From positions 2,080,001 to 2,144,000 of the forward strand of contig OY760183.1 of NCBI GenBank assembly GCA_963663275.1: a DNA stretch of 64,000 bases, in the 5' to 3' direction. The DNA is from Chloroflexota bacterium. GTDB lineage: Bacteria > Chloroflexota > UBA11872 > VXOZ01. Each line of letters begins with the position of its first letter. Position 1 is the stretch's first letter. The notes beneath the pieces are model-generated. The model did not search any database. It was not told the origin of the DNA and was given only the letters and a program-made list of their open reading frames with translations. The translations under genes and the position numbers were made by a program. Positions 58,325 to 64,000 of the stretch are shown one piece after another.

Positions 58325-59104
58325 CTACGTCTCAAGCTGCGGCGGGGGGAGGAGTTGATTTACGTGGGCCATGGCGACGTCCACGTGGCGCTTGCCGTCG
58401 CGCAGGCTGAAACTCACGTGGCCGGGGAAGAATTGCGTAAACTCAAGCTTCGCGAAGCGCCGCACCGTGGCAATGGATTCCTCCAGCGAGCAGTCCCAGA
58501 TGTTCTGCAGCAAGATGCGGCCGCCGAAGAAGAGCGCGTCGCCGCTGAAGAGCGCGCGGCGCGCGCCGTCTGTCCGGTTCGAGTCGTCCGGCTCTTCAGC
58601 CAAGCCGTCAACCAGAAACGCCAGGTGGCCGCGGCTATGGCCGTCTGCTTTCACCACGGTCACCGTGAGCGCGCCCACGTCGACGACGTCGCCATTGGCA
58701 GCGGCAGTCGCGAAATCGACCGGCCGCAGCCGGTTCTCTACCGGATACATGCCGGTCCGCCGCGCGGCGACCAGGCTGGCAGCCTCTTCGTCGCCGCTCT
58801 CCAGCCAGCCGGCTACGTCTTGCGAAGCGATGATCTCCGCGCCGCAAACCTGCTGCAATTCCGCCGCGCCGCCGGCGTGATCAAGGTGCAGGTGGGTGAT
58901 GAAGATTGTGCCGACGTCCTCGGGAGCGAAACCGGCCGCCCTGATCTCCGCCAGAATCGCCGGCACGTCCCGGCCCACGCCGGTGTCGATGAGGGCCAGT
59001 TCCGCGCCGCCGTCCAGCAGGTAGACGTGGCAATCCAGCGGATGCGTGAGGCTAAAGCCGTTCTGCCCGCTGCCGACGAGGTGGACGTGCTCCGTGAGTT
59101 GCAT
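58325..59104 (-). CDS. MBL-fold metallo-hydrolase
   Basis: LIDTG, THLHLDHAGG, GHSRGH, SGD, PGH. Confidence 0.9.
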   Translation of the reverse strand: MQLTEHVHLVGSGQNGFSLTHPLDCHVYLLDGGAELALIDTGVGRDVPAILAEIRAAGFAPEDVGTIFITHLHLDHAGGAAELQQVCGAEIIASQDVAGWLESGDEEAASLVAARRTGMYPVENRLRPVDFATAAANGDVVDVGALTVTVVKADGHSRGHLAFLVDGLAEEPDDSNRTDGARRALFSGDALFFGGRILLQNIWDCSLEESIATVRRFAKLEFTQFFPGHVSFSLRDGKRHVDVAMAHVNQLLPPPQLET

Positions 59105-59121
59105 GAAGTCATTCCTCGCGG

Positions 59122-59583
59122 CTAGCGGCGGATAAGCCTGAAGAGCACGTAGCAGAGGCCGATCACCAGCCCGCAGATGGCCGCGCCGCGCGTATCGAGA
59201 AGGGTATTGACGTTGCCGTTCACCCGGCCGCCCACCACCACCACGCTCGCTACTTGCTCCGCCTCGATCTGCCCGCCGACGATCCACTGGGATACGGAGT
59301 AATTGGTATCCACGCTGCCGCCGAGCACCAGCCAGGTGGCCCCCTCGGTCACGCTGACTTCATGGCCGGCGGCGATACCGGTCAGCCCTTGCTGCAATGA
59401 AGCGGCTTCCGCCTGCACCACTCCCGTGCCCGTGTTCTGCATGTCGATGTCGTCCGCCACCACGTGCCGCACGAGGCTGTTGGTAATCTGAAAGCGCTCG
59501 TCGGCGTCTACCGCATCGCGCGCAACGCCATCGTCGACCGCCGTTTGCTCCGCCTGTGCCTCGGAAGTTTCCATCATCGACAC
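59122..59583 (-). CDS. Hypothetical protein with C-terminal TM anchor
   Basis: In-operon position and spacing; beta-rich Gly/Val/Ala pattern; ends with a hydrophobic helix plus RR. Confidence 0.7.
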   Translation of the reverse strand: MSMMETSEAQAEQTAVDDGVARDAVDADERFQITNSLVRHVVADDIDMQNTGTGVVQAEAASLQQGLTGIAAGHEVSVTEGATWLVLGGSVDTNYSVSQWIVGGQIEAEQVASVVVVGGRVNGNVNTLLDTRGAAICGLVIGLCYVLFRLIRR

Positions 59584-59686
59584 CTCTTGTTCTCCGCTGC
59601 TGTTCTTGCCGCCGCACTCCGCTGCGCGCCGCGTTCGCGCTCACATCCCTATGATAGCAGCCCGCGCGGGACGGGGGATATTGGCG

Positions 59687-60868
59687 CTAATCGGCGGCGC
59701 GGACGTAGTCCATGACCTCTTTTACGGGCACGTCCGCCGCTTGCGCCACCCGCAGACAGTCCTCGTACTCCGGGCCGCGGTTTACCACGTTACCGCGCCA
59801 GAGCGCCGTCTTGCGCCGCACCGCGCCCCAGGGGGTTTCGACGCGCTCCAGCCGCCGTTCCAGTTTGACGCGCTCGACGCGATGCAGGCGCACGCCGATG
59901 GTGGTCGTCTCCCGAAAGATAACGTCCAGCAGCGGCGCGTGGTCGGCGCTCTCGGTCAGCACGCTGAGCACGTGTCCCGGCCTGCCTTTCTTCATCTGCA
60001 CCGGCATCAGCGTCACGTCCAGCGCGCCGGCCGCGAACAACCGCGCGGCCACGTGACCGTACAACTGCGGGTTCATGTCGTCGATGGTGGTCTCGATCAC
60101 CGTTGCCGCGCCGTTGATCTCGCCGGCGGCTTCCTCTGCCGCGCCGGAGTCCTCGCCAATGATGAGGCGCAGCACGTTGGGAATGGCGGTGTCGCGCATT
60201 CCGGCGCCGTAGCCGATGCGTGATACGCGCATGGGCGGGATGGGGCCGAACGCCGCCGCCAGTTCGCTGAGCAGGAGCGCGCCGGTGGGGGTGAGGGTTT
60301 CGCCCATGTCCGCCGCGGCGTAGACCGGCTTATCCCGCATCAGATCCAGCGTGGCTGGCCCCGGAATCGGCCACCAGCCGTGGCGCGTCTGGATAGGCGC
60401 GCTGCCGCCAACGTTTACGGGCGAGCAGACGACTCGCTCGATGCCGAGCGCCTTCAGCCCCGCGACCGCGCCGACCACGTCGAGAATGGAATCGACCGCG
60501 CCGACTTCATGGAAGTGCACCGCTTCCGGCGCGACGCCGTGCATACGGCCCTCCACTTCCGCCAGCCGCGTGAAGAGCCGCGCGCTCGCGGCCGCCACGT
60601 CTTCGTCGAGGGTACTCGCCTCCAACAGGCGCAGAATGTCGTGAAGATTGCGCTCGACGGTGTGTTCGCGGGCGTCGATTTCGACGTGAATCTGACGGGC
60701 GCGCAGCAATCCCTTGCGCACCTCTTCCTGCCGCACGGCATAGCCGCCGAGCGGAATCGTGGCGAAGGTTGCCTCCAGGTCGGCCAACGCCCAGCCGCTA
60801 TCCACCAAAGCGCCCAAGATCATGTCGCCCGATGCGCCGGCAAAGCAGTCGAAGTAGGCGATTCTCAT
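59687..60868 (-). CDS. larC: Nickel-pincer cofactor Ni insertase
   Basis: AYFDCFAGASGDMILGAL, VHFHEVGAVDSI, TPTGA, ETTIDD, MKKGRPG, ETTTIGVR, PEYEDC. Confidence 0.95.
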   Translation of the reverse strand: MRIAYFDCFAGASGDMILGALVDSGWALADLEATFATIPLGGYAVRQEEVRKGLLRARQIHVEIDAREHTVERNLHDILRLLEASTLDEDVAAASARLFTRLAEVEGRMHGVAPEAVHFHEVGAVDSILDVVGAVAGLKALGIERVVCSPVNVGGSAPIQTRHGWWPIPGPATLDLMRDKPVYAAADMGETLTPTGALLLSELAAAFGPIPPMRVSRIGYGAGMRDTAIPNVLRLIIGEDSGAAEEAAGEINGAATVIETTIDDMNPQLYGHVAARLFAAGALDVTLMPVQMKKGRPGHVLSVLTESADHAPLLDVIFRETTTIGVRLHRVERVKLERRLERVETPWGAVRRKTALWRGNVVNRGPEYEDCLRVAQAADVPVKEVMDYVRAAD

Positions 60869-60876
60869 TGGCGACC

Positions 60877-61659
60877 TTACTCACCGCCGTTTGCGGCAAG
60901 GCGGCAGATCAATCCGGCCATGTAGCCTGCGCCAAAGCCGTTATCGATGTTGACCACGGCCAGGCCGGGCGCGCAGCTATTGAGCATGGTGAGGAGCGGC
61001 GCCACGCCGCCGAACGATGCGCCGTAGCCCACACTGGTGGGCACGGCAATGATTGGGCACTCGACCAGTCCCGCCAGCACGCTGGGCAGCGCGCCTTCCA
61101 TGCCGGCCACGGCAACCACGGCGCGCGCCTGTTCCACGGTCTCGAGATTGAGCAGCAGCCGGTGCAGGCCCGCCACGCCCACGTCCGTGAGACGGTCCAC
61201 GCGGCAGCCCATCAGTTCCGCCGTGAGGGCGGCTTCGGCGGCTACCGGCAGGTCGGCGGTGCCCGCCGCGACGACGGCAACCCGATGCTGGGCGGGCGAT
61301 TGCGCATCCGGGCGCTCTTCCGCTTCGACGCGGACGACGATGGCGCGGGCGTCTTCGTGGTACTCGGCGGCAGGCAGCCTTGCCCGCACCGCCGCGTAGA
61401 GTTCCGGCGCGGCGCGGGTGGCCAGGACGGTCTGCTCGTGCGCCAGCAACTCCTCGGCAATGCGGATCACGTGCGCCGGGGTCTTGCCGGGACAGAAGAT
61501 GACCTCCGGAAAACCGACCCGCAATTGGCGCTGCGCGTCGATCTTGGCGAAGTCCACGTCCTCGTAGGGCGCTAAACGGATGCGGCGGACAACCTGCTCC
61601 ACGTCTATGGCGCCGCGTTGCAGGTCCGTCAGCAGGGCGCGCAGTGTGTTCGCGTCCAT
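60877..61659 (-). CDS. larB: Nickel-pincer cofactor carboxylase/hydrolase
   Basis: GFPEVIFCPGKT, AGTADLPVA, DVGVAGLHRL, GMEGALPSV, PTSVGYG, NIDNGFGA. Confidence 0.95.
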   Translation of the reverse strand: MDANTLRALLTDLQRGAIDVEQVVRRIRLAPYEDVDFAKIDAQRQLRVGFPEVIFCPGKTPAHVIRIAEELLAHEQTVLATRAAPELYAAVRARLPAAEYHEDARAIVVRVEAEERPDAQSPAQHRVAVVAAGTADLPVAAEAALTAELMGCRVDRLTDVGVAGLHRLLLNLETVEQARAVVAVAGMEGALPSVLAGLVECPIIAVPTSVGYGASFGGVAPLLTMLNSCAPGLAVVNIDNGFGAGYMAGLICRLAANGGE

Positions 61660-61747
61660 TGGCGAAGGCCTATGCTCCCATAGCGGCAGAACTCTATTTC
61701 ACGATTGCAGGTGGCCCGGCGGCGCGCGCAACCCTCCCGCGCAAGCC

Positions 61748-63938
<2,191 letters not shown>

Positions 63939-64000
63939 GCCGATCTATTCTCTTTCGTGCGTTGCGTGCTCACGTTTGCCGACGGCGGCGTGTGTTCGGC

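Overview
GC-rich bacterial chromosomal segment. A Chloroflexota-like heterotroph is my inference from the many Tat/lipoprotein solute-binding proteins and sugar-processing enzymes; the taxonomy is not proven. Housekeeping genes: prs, ddl, murF, selB, recQ, larB/larC, eno, folD. Catabolic and transport genes: GH29 fucosidase, sulfatase, Rieske oxygenase, four Gfo/Idh/MocA proteins, ABC binding proteins and a TPP-riboswitch-controlled NCS1 permease. There is one defence islet (Type III-like res - MntA - HepT - mod) and one IS30. Six things stand out. (1) An unannotated selenoprotein: a TlpA-like lipoprotein with a UxxC motif and a SECIS-like hairpin, downstream of ccdA. (2) Patches of degenerate 7-bp repeats, mostly with inverted partners, inserted in frame in the restriction-modification genes and seen nowhere else. 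(3) Nested MITEs that each carry one REP-like palindrome and insert into another. (4) REP copies translated in frame inside a CinA/PncC gene. (5) A 74-bp duplication of a gene 3' end placed in front of each of two divergent TolB-like lipoprotein genes. (6) A four-Cache-domain lipoprotein broken by a 1-bp frameshift. No CRISPR array, rRNA or tRNA was recognised. Family names come from motif recognition only; no database search was run.
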